A stretch of DNA of 64,000 bases, taken from positions 4,415 to 68,414 of the forward strand of contig NZ_JANNOD010000043.1 of NCBI RefSeq assembly GCF_031398885.1. The letters run 5' to 3'. Within the stretch, counting starts at the first letter, position 1, and each line of letters starts with the position of its first letter. The translations under genes and the position numbers were made by a program. The stretch comes from Hymenobacter sp. (GTDB lineage: Bacteria; Bacteroidota; Bacteroidia; Cytophagales; Hymenobacteraceae). Below the pieces are notes generated by a model, which worked only from the letters and a program-made list of their open reading frames with translations, had not been told where the DNA came from and searched no databases. Below are positions 18,843-27,761 of this stretch, one piece after another.

Positions 18843-19568
18843 ATGAAAAAAATACGTTTTCTCTTTGCCTCGTTGCTGGCGCTGACGAGCGTGCTGCTCA
18901 CCAGCCGCAGCCAGGCGCAGGTTTTTGACCCGACCGCTCCCCCCAACCCCGCCGTGGTGCTGTCCGATACGGCCGAAGCCCGGCAAGTGGTGGAGTCGCC
19001 CGAAGCCCGGCGCCGCAAGGCCGCCGCCGACTCGGCCAAGCGCACCGAGCGCATGTTCCGCGCTTTCGGCTACCAGGGCATTCGCCTCACGCGCCCGGGC
19101 AAGGCTGCCCTGCTGGCCGCCCTGCTGCCCGGCGCGGGCCAGATTTACAACCGGCGCTGGTGGAAGCTGCCGCTGGTGTACGGGTCGCTGGGCGGGGTGA
19201 TATATGGAGAAGTTTTCTATCAAAAAATCTATCGTGAGTTCGCCGATGCCTACAACCTTGTCCAGGCCGACCCTACCAAACTTCAAAATCCGATTTTTTT
19301 AGGGGAGAATGCAGCACAGGTCAGAAGTCTGAATGGTCTTAACAGTAACGTAATTCGTTTCCGTGGCTACCGCGACATTTTTTATCTCTACATCGGCCTC
19401 GCCTACGGCCTGCAAATCGTGGATGCGCTGGTCGACGCCCACCTCAAAGACTTCGACGTGAGCGACGACCTGAGCCTGCACTGGCACCCCACCATGCTGG
19501 CCGTACCCGGCCGGGCCCTGGCCGTGCCCACCGCCCCGGGCGTGCTGTTCGCGTTGCGGGTGAAATAA
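18843..19568 (+). CDS. DUF5683-family outer-membrane/secreted protein
   Basis: PGKAALLAALLPGAGQIYNRRWWKLPLVY and IVDALVDAHLKDFDVSDDLSL; position parB-X-dapB conserved in Bacteroidota. Confidence 0.8.
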   Translation: MKKIRFLFASLLALTSVLLTSRSQAQVFDPTAPPNPAVVLSDTAEARQVVESPEARRRKAAADSAKRTERMFRAFGYQGIRLTRPGKAALLAALLPGAGQIYNRRWWKLPLVYGSLGGVIYGEVFYQKIYREFADAYNLVQADPTKLQNPIFLGENAAQVRSLNGLNSNVIRFRGYRDIFYLYIGLAYGLQIVDALVDAHLKDFDVSDDLSLHWHPTMLAVPGRALAVPTAPGVLFALRVK

Positions 19569-19648
19569 CAGTTGCTCGTTGCTGGTCGCTGGTTGTTGTT
19601 TAATGCAGAACCAAGTCGCTGGAAACGAGCCACTAGAAACAAGCCACC
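19569..19648. repeat. Degenerate palindromic heptamer array between DUF5683 gene and dapB
   Basis: GTTGCTC-GTTGCTG-GTCGCTG-GTTGTTG ... GAAACGA-GCCACTA-GAAACAA-GCCACC. Confidence 0.6.
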
Positions 19649-19655
19649 GGAAATC

Positions 19656-20375
19656 ATGAACATCCTCTTGATAGGCTACGGCAAAATGGGCCAGGCCATT
19701 GCCGCGCTGGCTACCAAGCGCGGCCACCAGATTACCGGCATCGTGGACCGCAACGCGGGCGCGCTGACCATCGCCGACTTCTCGCCCGCCACCGTGGACG
19801 TAGCCATCGAATTCACCCACCCCGATTCGGCGTTTGCCAACGTCACGGCCTGCCTGCGCCAGGGCCTGCCGGTGGTGTGCGGCTCCACGGGCTGGCTGCA
19901 CCACTTCGACGAGGCCCAGGCCCTGGCCCGGGAGCTGCGCGGCAGCTTGTTCTACGCATCCAACTACAGTGTGGGCGTGAACCTGTTCTTCCACTTCAAC
20001 GAGTACCTGGCCGCCAAAATGCACCAGTTTGGGGGCTACGACGTGGCGGTGCGCGAAATTCACCACCTCCAGAAAATCGACCAGCCCAGCGGCACGGCCC
20101 TCACCACGGCCGAGGCCATTATCCGCCACTTTCCCAGCAAAACCACCTGGCGCAACGCCCCCGCCGAAACCCCCGCCGAGCTGGCCGTGCTCAGCGAGCG
20201 CACCGGCGCCGTAGTGGGCACCCACGTCGTCACCTACTCGTCGGCCGTCGACACCCTGGAGTTGAAGCACGAGGCCCACAGCCGCGAAGGCTTTGCCCTG
20301 GGCGCCCTGCTGGCGGCCGAATGGCTGCCCGGCCGGCCGGGCGTGTTCGGAATGAAAGAGCTGCTGGATTTGTAA
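19656..20375 (+). CDS. dapB: 4-hydroxy-tetrahydrodipicolinate reductase
   Basis: MNILLIGYGKMG, VVCGSTGW, SNYSVGVN, EIHHLQKIDQPSGTA, FALGALLAAEW. Confidence 0.95.
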   Translation: MNILLIGYGKMGQAIAALATKRGHQITGIVDRNAGALTIADFSPATVDVAIEFTHPDSAFANVTACLRQGLPVVCGSTGWLHHFDEAQALARELRGSLFYASNYSVGVNLFFHFNEYLAAKMHQFGGYDVAVREIHHLQKIDQPSGTALTTAEAIIRHFPSKTTWRNAPAETPAELAVLSERTGAVVGTHVVTYSSAVDTLELKHEAHSREGFALGALLAAEWLPGRPGVFGMKELLDL

Positions 20376-20439
20376 ACGCTCCAGCGGTTCGGGCGGCGGC
20401 GGGCCCGCCGGTGTGCTGCTGCGTTTCTTTGCCTGATTT

Positions 20440-20598
20440 TAAGAACCTATCCGAAAAATACTTCAGCTGTGCAGACGCCCGTCATGCTGAGCTTGCCGAA
20501 GCATCTCGCCCGCTTCATATGAGCCATTCAACAGAGCGGTAGAGATGCTTCGACTGCGCTCAGCATGACGTTCAATTTATTTTTCGGATAGGTCCTAA
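20440..20598. mobile_element. Second copy of MITE-like composite (inner CGTC-type REP doublet 20481-20569)
   Basis: TAAGAACCTATCCGAAAAATA ... TATTTTTCGGATAGGTCCTAA. Confidence 0.65.
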
Positions 20599-20610
20599 GT
20601 TATCGTTCCG

Positions 20611-20676
20611 TGGTTGTCAGTGGTTGAAGTTTATTTAAATAGCTGACTGGTAACTGACAATCAGCAACTGACAACT
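20611..20676. repeat. GTTGTCA/TGACAAC heptamer palindrome upstream of lepB
   Basis: TGGTTGTCAGTGGTTG ... AACTGACAATCAGCAACTGACAACT. Confidence 0.7.
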
Positions 20677-20725
20677 CGTTTACTTTTGCCTGATTTTAAT
20701 TGCCAAGCCCCCGCTGGTCTTCCCC

Positions 20726-21874
20726 ATGCCTTTGTTCAAAACCGACCGCACCGCCGCCGCCAAAGCGCCCAAGTCCAAGTCCCGCGAGTGGGCCGACTCG
20801 CTGATTTTTGCCGTCGTCGCGGCCACGCTCATCCGCTGGGCCACGTTCGAGGCCTACACCATTCCCTCGCCCAGCATGGAAAATTCCCTGCTGGTGGGCG
20901 ACTACCTGTTCGTGAGCAAGCTGCACTACGGCCCCATCACGCCCCAGACGCCGCTGCAGGTGCCCCTCACCCACCAAACCGTGTGGGGCACGGGCCTCCA
21001 GAGCTACTCCGAGCTGCTCCAGCTACCCACCTACCGGCTGCCGGGCTTCTCCGAAATCAAGCGCAACGACGTGGTGGTCTTCCACGTGCCCCACGAAACC
21101 CAGTACCCCGCCGACCTGCGCACCAACTACATCAAGCGCTGCGTGGCCGTGGCCGGCGACACCCTCGAAATCAAAGACGGCCAGGTCTACCTCAACGGCC
21201 GGCCCGGCGTGACGCCCCCCGGCCTCCAAACCACTTACTTCATGCAGGTCGACAGCCCCAACGACGAGGTGCTGGCCGCCCTGCGCGCCCAGGGCGTGGT
21301 GGAATACGGCGCGCCCGACGGCGCCCCCCAGGTCCGCCCTGACGCCAACGGCAAGTTTGGCTACGAAATCAGCTGCACCAAAGCCGCGGCCGACTACTTC
21401 CGCCGGCAGCCCTACGTGCGGAGCCTGACCGTGACCGAGCCCCCGGTGCGGCTTTTTCCCGACGCCGCCGACTTCACCAACTCCGGTGCCAGCAGCGCCA
21501 CCCCGCGCAACTGGTCGCTGGACAGCTACGGCCCGCTGCCCATTCCCAAAAAAGGCCAGACCATTGCCCTCTCCCCCGCCAACGCCGCCATCTACTTCAA
21601 AATCGTGGCCCGCTACGAGCACAACGAGGGCGTGACCTGGAAGGAAGGCATGATATACCAGAACGGCAAAATGCTCACTAGCTACACCATCAAGCAGAAT
21701 TACTACATGATGATGGGCGACAACCGCCACAACTCCGAAGACTCGCGCTTCTGGGGCTTCGTGCCCGAAGACCACGTCGTGGGCAAGGCCGTGCTCATCT
21801 GGCTCTCCATCGACCCCAACGCCGACTTCTGGCACAGAATCCGGTGGAGTCGCCTGTTCGACATCATCCACTAA
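20726..21874 (+). CDS. lepB: Signal peptidase I
   Basis: IPSPSMENSLLVGDYLFVSK (catalytic Ser), YIKRCVA (catalytic Lys), GDNRHNSEDSRFWG. Confidence 0.96.
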   Translation: MPLFKTDRTAAAKAPKSKSREWADSLIFAVVAATLIRWATFEAYTIPSPSMENSLLVGDYLFVSKLHYGPITPQTPLQVPLTHQTVWGTGLQSYSELLQLPTYRLPGFSEIKRNDVVVFHVPHETQYPADLRTNYIKRCVAVAGDTLEIKDGQVYLNGRPGVTPPGLQTTYFMQVDSPNDEVLAALRAQGVVEYGAPDGAPQVRPDANGKFGYEISCTKAAADYFRRQPYVRSLTVTEPPVRLFPDAADFTNSGASSATPRNWSLDSYGPLPIPKKGQTIALSPANAAIYFKIVARYEHNEGVTWKEGMIYQNGKMLTSYTIKQNYYMMMGDNRHNSEDSRFWGFVPEDHVVGKAVLIWLSIDPNADFWHRIRWSRLFDIIH

Positions 21875-21914
21875 GCAGTCGTGCTCAAGTGAGCACAGTC
21901 AAATAATACAGCAC

Positions 21915-22002
21915 GTCATTCCGAGCCTGCCGAGGAATCTCGCCCGGTTTATCCGCGCCGCCTAACAGCGCGAGCGAGATTCCTCGGCAGGCTTAGAATA
22001 AC
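21915..22002. repeat. CGTC-type REP doublet
   Basis: GTCATTCCGAGCCTGCCGAGGAATCTCGC / GCGAGATTCCTCGGCAGGCTTAGAATAAC. Confidence 0.8.
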
Positions 22003-22066
22003 GTGCTGCTTGATTCGTTCTACATTGTGCGCGAACTTATTCAACCGCAACCGCTCCAATCCAACG

Positions 22067-22339
22067 CAAAACACCCTTCGTCACCCCCAAAACACTCTTT
22101 GCGTAACGCAAAACACCATTCGACACTGCCACAACGTCATTTACGCCTTCCTAAACGGCATTGCGACTAGACAAAACGTCATTTCGCATTCTCAAAACGG
22201 CATTGGGCATAGACAAAACGTCATTTCGGGCTCGCAAAACACCCTTCGTCACCCGCAAAACACCCCTTGACCGTCACCAAACACCATTGGCCTGTTCCAA
22301 AACACCCTTCGTCCTTCTCAAACACCCCTTGGCATCATC
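22067..22339. repeat. Tandem array of 13 x 21-nt units with conserved 12-nt head and variable 9-nt tail
   Basis: Head CAAAAC(ACC/GTC/GGC)(A/C)TT recurs every 21 nt from 22067 to 22319. Confidence 0.92.
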
Positions 22340-22345
22340 CATTCT

Positions 22346-23008
22346 TTACCACTCCACGGGCTCCAGCCCCTTGCTCGCCAGCCAAGCGTTGGCTTTGCTG
22401 AAGGGCTTGCTGCCGAAGAACCCCTTGTCGGCCGCGAACGGGGAAGGGTGCACCGACTTCAAAACCAAGTGCTTCTGCTCGTCGATTAGTTCTGATTTCT
22501 TGCCGGCGTAGGCACCCCAGAGGATGAACACGACGTGCTCCTCGCCTTCCGACACCTTGCGAATCACGGCGTCGGTGAATTCTTCCCAGCCTTTTTTCTG
22601 GTGCGAGGCGGGCTCGCTGGCGCGCACCGTGAGGGTGGCGTTCAGGAGCAGCACGCCCTGCCGGGCCCAGCGGTCGAGGTTGCCGTTGGCGGCGGGCGCC
22701 GTGCCGGGAATATCGTCCTGCAACTCCTTGAAAATATTGCGGAGCGACGGCGGAGCGGCTTGTCCTTCCTGCACCGAAAACGACAGCCCGTGCGCCTGAT
22801 TGCGCCCGTGGTAAGGGTCCTGACCCAGAATCACGACCTTGACTTGGCCAAACGGCGTGGCCTCGAACGCGCGAAAAATGTGGGCGCCGGCCGGGTACAC
22901 GGTGGCCGTGGCGTACTCGCCCTTCACGAAGGCGATAAGTCGCTGAAAATAGGGCTTTTCGAATTCGTCGGCCAACACGGGCCGCCAGCTCTCGGCTATC
23001 TTTACCAT
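22346..23008 (-). CDS. ung: Uracil-DNA glycosylase (family 1)
   Basis: VVILGQDPYHG, AHGLSFSV, PPSLRNIFKEL, HPSPF motifs. Confidence 0.97.
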   Translation of the reverse strand: MVKIAESWRPVLADEFEKPYFQRLIAFVKGEYATATVYPAGAHIFRAFEATPFGQVKVVILGQDPYHGRNQAHGLSFSVQEGQAAPPSLRNIFKELQDDIPGTAPAANGNLDRWARQGVLLLNATLTVRASEPASHQKKGWEEFTDAVIRKVSEGEEHVVFILWGAYAGKKSELIDEQKHLVLKSVHPSPFAADKGFFGSKPFSKANAWLASKGLEPVEW

Positions 23009-23124
23009 TGCGGTTTTTGAGAAAAAATAAACGAACTTCGTCGGCGTTCAATGCCCGATTTCGCGTAAAACCAATTTTGGCGGGCCGCTGTTACGCCCGC
23101 AGCTACTTCTTAGCTCCGCCGCCC

Positions 23125-23511
23125 ATGCCCACCACCACTACGCAAGGCGTCACCGTTTCGGTTACGACCAACTACTTGCCCGATTACTCCAGCCCCGGCC
23201 AGGAGCATTTCGTGTTCGCCTACAAAATTGACATTCGCAACAACAGCGAATTCACGGTGAAGCTGCTGCGCCGCCACTGGCACATCCACGACGCCAACGG
23301 CGTGGTGCGCGAGGTGGAGGGTGAAGGCGTGGTGGGCCGCCAGCCCGTGCTGGAGCCCGGCGAGGCGCACCAGTACGTGAGCGGCTGCAACCTCAAGTCG
23401 GGCGTGGGCAAGATGCGCGGCACCTACCTCATGGAGCGCTTAGCCAACGGCCAGGAATTCACGGTCGACATCCCCGAGTTTACCCTCATGGTGCCCTATC
23501 GGCTGAACTAG
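23125..23511 (+). CDS. apaG: ApaG protein
   Basis: FVFAYKIDIRN, RRHWHI, VEGEGVVGRQP, GKMRGTY. Confidence 0.93.
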   Translation: MPTTTTQGVTVSVTTNYLPDYSSPGQEHFVFAYKIDIRNNSEFTVKLLRRHWHIHDANGVVREVEGEGVVGRQPVLEPGEAHQYVSGCNLKSGVGKMRGTYLMERLANGQEFTVDIPEFTLMVPYRLN

Positions 23512-23516
23512 GGCCT

Positions 23517-23617
23517 CTTGGTTGCTTGTTGTCAGTTGCTTGTTGTCAGTTGTTAGTTTGTAGCGCAGTTGTCGGTCTGCCCAGTTTCTGACAACCGACA
23601 ACTAGCAACTGACAACT
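23517..23617. repeat. GTTGTCA/TGACAAC heptamer palindrome between apaG and methyltransferase gene
   Basis: GTTGCTTGTTGTCAGTTGCTTGTTGTCAGTTGTTAG ... CTGACAACCGACAACTAGCAACTGACAACT. Confidence 0.88.
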
Positions 23618-23619
23618 CC

Positions 23620-24399
23620 TTGTTTCAACTCCTCGCGTACTTCCGCTTCTGGCTCCGTTCGGGCAATGCCCACGGGCTGCATTCGCCGTTCGTGTTCGGC
23701 CTCTACACGGCCGTCGTTCGGCACACCGGCACTTTCGGGGCGTATGCGGGCATTGAGGCGCGGCGGCGGGAACTGCTCGCCAGTCCAGCCAGCGTAAGCG
23801 TTACCGATTTTGGGGCGGGCTCCCGCACCGGCGCGGGCCAGCAGCGCCGCGTGGCCGACATTGCCCGCACCGCCGCCAAGCCGCCGCGCCTCGCACAACT
23901 GCTGTTTAGACTGGTCAACTACTGCCGGCCGGCCACTATTCTGGAGCTGGGCACCTCGCTGGGCCTCACCACCGCCTACCTGGCCGCCGCCGACTCGCGC
24001 CACCGCGTCCTCACTTTCGAAGGTTGCCCCAACGTGGCCGCGTTGGCCCGCGAAACCTTCGCCGCGCTGCACCTGAGCAATATTGCCGTCGTGGAGGGCA
24101 ACATCGACCACACCCTGGCCCCGGCCCTGGCGGCCCTGGCCGCGCCCCTGGACTTCGCTTTTTTCGACGGCAACCACCGCTACGAGCCGACGCTGCGCTA
24201 CTTTGAGCTGTGCCTGGCGCACCGCACCGACGACTCCGTGTTCGTATTCGACGACATCCACTGGTCGGCCGACATGGAGCGGGCCTGGGAAGTCATCAAG
24301 GCCCACCCCGACGTGCGGCTGACGGTGGACCTGTTCCACATTGGGCTGGTGTTCTTCCGAAAGAATCAGCCCAAGCAGCATTTCTGGCTGCGGATATGA
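23620..24399 (+). CDS. Class I SAM-dependent methyltransferase
   Basis: HGLHSPFVF, ILELGTSLG, FFDGNHRYE, VFDDIHWS; TTG start inferred. Confidence 0.85.
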   Translation: MFQLLAYFRFWLRSGNAHGLHSPFVFGLYTAVVRHTGTFGAYAGIEARRRELLASPASVSVTDFGAGSRTGAGQQRRVADIARTAAKPPRLAQLLFRLVNYCRPATILELGTSLGLTTAYLAAADSRHRVLTFEGCPNVAALARETFAALHLSNIAVVEGNIDHTLAPALAALAAPLDFAFFDGNHRYEPTLRYFELCLAHRTDDSVFVFDDIHWSADMERAWEVIKAHPDVRLTVDLFHIGLVFFRKNQPKQHFWLRI

Positions 24400-24411
24400 C
24401 CCGCAGCAAAC

Positions 24412-24939
24412 CTACAGGTTGGCAATTGCCTCCCTGACCAATCCTTCCCGTTCGGGCTGCTCCGCGCCCCGCATGGCCAAAATAAATTCGGCAAACCGCA
24501 TAGTGTCGATGCTGACCAGGCCTAACGAAATGTTCAACTCCTGAAAACCAAACTCTTTGTTTAAGCTGGCTACTCCCTGCCTGAACTTGTTTTTCTTGCG
24601 GGAAGGCTCAAATGCTTCGTCCACCACCAAGCAGATGAATTTTTGCCGGTTCACCGCAATCAAGTAAACGTCCTGGATGATTTCCCAGTTGATGAATTCG
24701 TGGTGCGTGGTGCGGTCGAATACGCCGAATTCGTTCACGATTATCTGCGGCCGGCGGTCGAGCAGTTGGTAGAGTCCAAAGAGGAACCCGAGGCCGAAAA
24801 AGCCGATACTCAGCCAGGCTATCCCTTGCGGGGCGTCCGGGCGGCCCAGCATAAAATACCCCAGGCCGACGAATACTGAGCACAGCAGCACCATCCTGAG
24901 CACTTTTCCGCGCGACCGGTACAGGCGAACTTCAGTCAT
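24412..24939 (-). CDS. STM3941-family-like membrane protein
   Basis: Two N-terminal TM segments followed by PH-like RPQIIVNEFGVFD region; AT-richer. Confidence 0.6.
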   Translation of the reverse strand: MTEVRLYRSRGKVLRMVLLCSVFVGLGYFMLGRPDAPQGIAWLSIGFFGLGFLFGLYQLLDRRPQIIVNEFGVFDRTTHHEFINWEIIQDVYLIAVNRQKFICLVVDEAFEPSRKKNKFRQGVASLNKEFGFQELNISLGLVSIDTMRFAEFILAMRGAEQPEREGLVREAIANL

Positions 24940-24972
24940 CGTTGCGGTGCTTGCGCTCAACTCGAAACGGAT

Positions 24973-25833
24973 TTACGCCTCTAGCCCTTGCGGGTCGATG
25001 CCGCCGGTCGGCCGGATGGCGTCCCGCACCCGCGTCAGCTTCCCCAGCAGCGCTTCGAGTTGGTCGAGCGGCAGCATGTTGGCGCCGTCGGACAGGGCGG
25101 TGGCGGGCGTGGGGTGGGTTTCGATGAACAGGCCGTCGGCGCCCACGGCAATGGCGGCTTTGGCAATGGTTTCGATGAGGGCGGGCTGGCCGCCGGTGAC
25201 GCCGCTGGCCTGGTTGGGCTGCTGCAGGGAGTGGGTCACGTCCATCACCACGGGCACGCCGAAGCGGCGCATGGCGGGCAGGTTGCGGAAGTCCACCACC
25301 AGCTCGGAATAGCCGAAGGAGTTGCCGCGCTCGGTAAGAATGACGTGCTCGTTACCCGACTGGTGCACCTTGTCCACGGCAAATTGCATGGCCTCGCCGC
25401 TCAGAAACTGGCCTTTTTTAATGTTCACCACCTTGCCGGTCTGCGCCGCGGCGATGAGCAAGTCCGTCTGGCGGCACAGGAAGGCCGGGATTTGCAGCAC
25501 GTCGACGAACTCAGCCGCCAGCGCGGCTTCGCTCGATTCGTGGATGTCGGTGACGGTAGGCACGCCAATTTCTCGCCCAACCTTTTGCAGGATGCGCAGC
25601 GCCGTTTCGTCGCCAATGCCGGTGAAGGAGTCCAGCCGCGAGCGGTTAGCCTTGCGGTAGGAGCCCTTGAAAATAAACGGAATCTGCAGCTTGTCGGTGA
25701 TGTGCTTGATGCGCTCGGCAATGCGCAGGGCCATGTCTTCGCCCTCAATGACGCAGGGGCCGGCCATGAGGAAAAACTGGCCGGAGTTGGTGTGCCGGAA
25801 ATGCGGCAGGGTGTTGGCGAGGGCGGTGAGCAT
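24973..25833 (-). CDS. kdsA: 3-deoxy-8-phosphooctulonate synthase
   Basis: AGPCVIE, FKGSYRKANRS, LQIPAFLCRQT, KKGQF, ERGNSFGY, DVTHSLQ. Confidence 0.97.
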   Translation of the reverse strand: MLTALANTLPHFRHTNSGQFFLMAGPCVIEGEDMALRIAERIKHITDKLQIPFIFKGSYRKANRSRLDSFTGIGDETALRILQKVGREIGVPTVTDIHESSEAALAAEFVDVLQIPAFLCRQTDLLIAAAQTGKVVNIKKGQFLSGEAMQFAVDKVHQSGNEHVILTERGNSFGYSELVVDFRNLPAMRRFGVPVVMDVTHSLQQPNQASGVTGGQPALIETIAKAAIAVGADGLFIETHPTPATALSDGANMLPLDQLEALLGKLTRVRDAIRPTGGIDPQGLEA

Positions 25834-25908
25834 GGCGCGGCGTGACCCCAAGCGGGTGCTTGGGGAGTGGAAAATTCAAGGGAATTCGCACGAAGCCGGA
25901 GCCTGATG

Positions 25909-26517
25909 CTATTTTTTCTTCAAGCAGATAAATAACTCCCGGCCCTGCCGGGGCTGGAGCGAATTGGCGGCGGTTTCGAAATGCCTGAAATCAAAATACG
26001 GCGCGAAATAGCTCCGGTATTCTTCCTTGGAGCCCCCGAACGGCGGCTCTTGGGCCGGCCCGAAATCAGTATCGAACAGCAGCCCCATCAGCGTGCCCCC
26101 GGGCCGCAGCAGGGCCGCGCACTGCCGGGCGTAGGCTGGGCGCAGCGCGGGGTTCAGCGCGCAGAAAAACGTTTGCTCCACAATTAAGTCGTACGGCTCC
26201 ACGTTGGGCAGGGCAAAGAAATCAGCCAATAACAGGTGCTCGGCCGGGAAATCGGGCACGCGGGCCGCCAGTGCTTGCAGCGGCTCCGGGGCAAGGTCGG
26301 CCACGAACACCTGCCCAAAACCCAGCCGGTGCAAGTGCTCCGCCTCGTAGGCGCGGCCGGCGCCGGGAACGAGGATGCGCGGCTGCCCGGCCACGGCCAG
26401 CTGGTCGAAATAAGCGCGCAGCGGCGGGGTCACGGCGTGGGCGTCCCAGCCGTCGCGCCCGGCCGCGTAACGGCCTTGCCAATAGGCGGAATCGAAGGCG
26501 GGTAGAACCGTTTGCAT
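25909..26517 (-). CDS. Thiopurine S-methyltransferase-family SAM methyltransferase
   Basis: YWQGRY...GWD, ILVPGAGRAYE, EQTFFCAL, PPFGG. Confidence 0.85.
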   Translation of the reverse strand: MQTVLPAFDSAYWQGRYAAGRDGWDAHAVTPPLRAYFDQLAVAGQPRILVPGAGRAYEAEHLHRLGFGQVFVADLAPEPLQALAARVPDFPAEHLLLADFFALPNVEPYDLIVEQTFFCALNPALRPAYARQCAALLRPGGTLMGLLFDTDFGPAQEPPFGGSKEEYRSYFAPYFDFRHFETAANSLQPRQGRELFICLKKK

Positions 26518-26642
26518 TCCGTGAAAGTATAGGGGAAACTTGCCAGGGCCCGGAAGTCCCCTATTTTTACGCCCAAAGGTACGCGCCGCCTTGCGGCAAA
26601 CACCTCGAATTTTTCACCCTTCCCTCGCTTAACCACTCCCGT

Positions 26643-27593
26643 ATGGACCCCAACGAAACCCCCGAACCCCGCTCCAACAACAGCCGTGTCCTGCTTTGGG
26701 TAGCCCTCGTGGCTGTACTGCTCGGCATCAACGGCGTTCTGTTTTACCTCAACCAGCAGAAAGGCGACAAGAACGAGGAGCTGACCACGGAGGTGCGCGC
26801 CAAGGACAGCAAGCTGCAAGAACAAATCAAGCAGTACGAAGCCCTGAAGGGCGATTTTGAGCGGCAAAGCCAGGAGCTGCAAGCGCTGGGCCTGAGCAAC
26901 GACTCGCTCGAAGCCAAGATTGCCGGCGTCAACGCCGACCTGCTGCGGCTGCGCTCCTTCAAGGCCGGCAGCTTTTCCATTGCCCAGCAGAAACTGTTCA
27001 AGCAGCGCGCCCAAAACCTGGAGAGCCAGCTGCGGAAAAAGGACGACGACATTGCCCAGCTCAAGAAGGACAACGAAACCCTTTACACCGAAACCACTAC
27101 GCTAAAAGAGCGGCAAAACCAACTGAGCGACACCATCAGCACCATCGCGCGCACCAACCAGGAGCTGACGGATAAAGTCGGCGTCGCGTCGCGCCTGCAG
27201 TCCGAGAACATCAAAGTGGCCATCATCACCTCCAAAAATAAGGAGAAGGACGACGACCAGGACGAGTTCAAGGCCAAGCGCGTGGAAAAGGTGAAAGTGA
27301 CCTGCAACCTGGCCCGCAACGACGTGTCGCCGAAAGAAACCAAAGCTATTTACCTGCGCATTCTGGAGCCCGACGGCGCCGCCCTCTACAACCTGAGCAC
27401 CGGCGGCGGCACCTTCACCGTGGAAGGCCAGGAGGCCTTTTATACCCAGAAGCAGGACGTGGTGTACGACAACAGCAAGCAAAAGCTGGAGTTCGTGTAC
27501 GCCAAAGGGGCCGAATATAAAAAGGGCCAGCACACGGTGGAGCTGTACGAAAGCGGCCAACTGATGGGCAAAGCCAAGTTTACGCTGAAGTAG
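26643..27593 (+). CDS. Single-pass membrane protein with long coiled coil and C-terminal beta domain
   Basis: TM LLWVALVAVLLGINGVLFYL; heptad-rich K/E/Q segment; beta-rich C-terminus; host-like codon usage. Confidence 0.75.
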   Translation: MDPNETPEPRSNNSRVLLWVALVAVLLGINGVLFYLNQQKGDKNEELTTEVRAKDSKLQEQIKQYEALKGDFERQSQELQALGLSNDSLEAKIAGVNADLLRLRSFKAGSFSIAQQKLFKQRAQNLESQLRKKDDDIAQLKKDNETLYTETTTLKERQNQLSDTISTIARTNQELTDKVGVASRLQSENIKVAIITSKNKEKDDDQDEFKAKRVEKVKVTCNLARNDVSPKETKAIYLRILEPDGAALYNLSTGGGTFTVEGQEAFYTQKQDVVYDNSKQKLEFVYAKGAEYKKGQHTVELYESGQLMGKAKFTLK

Positions 27594-27601
27594 TCTGAAC
27601 T

Positions 27602-27637
27602 GCGGATTCATCAGATTCAGCGAATTGGTCGGATTCT
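27602..27637. repeat. Four degenerate tandem nonamers
   Basis: GCGGATTCA-TCAGATTCA-GCGAATTGG-TCGGATTCT. Confidence 0.45.
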
Positions 27638-27682
27638 GTCGACGGCATAATTTCCGTTAACACCGACAGATTACCAACATGC

Positions 27683-27711
27683 AAAAAGGCCACTCGATGA
27701 GTGGCCTTTTT
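27683..27711. terminator. Bidirectional intrinsic terminator
   Basis: AAAAAGGCCACTC-GAT-GAGTGGCCTTTTT between convergent genes. Confidence 0.85.
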
Positions 27712-27761
27712 CGTGGTAGGCGCGGTACCGAGTCCTACGCGAGCCGGCCGCATTTCCACGC

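Noticed and set aside
19195-19390. Diversity-generating retroelement variable region
   Set aside because: No template-repeat copy and no reverse transcriptase seen in the window; patch is internal rather than C-terminal
22067-22339. CRISPR array interpretation of the 21-nt array
   Set aside because: 12-nt degenerate heads and 9-nt tails are far below CRISPR repeat/spacer sizes; no palindromic repeat, leader or cas genes in the window
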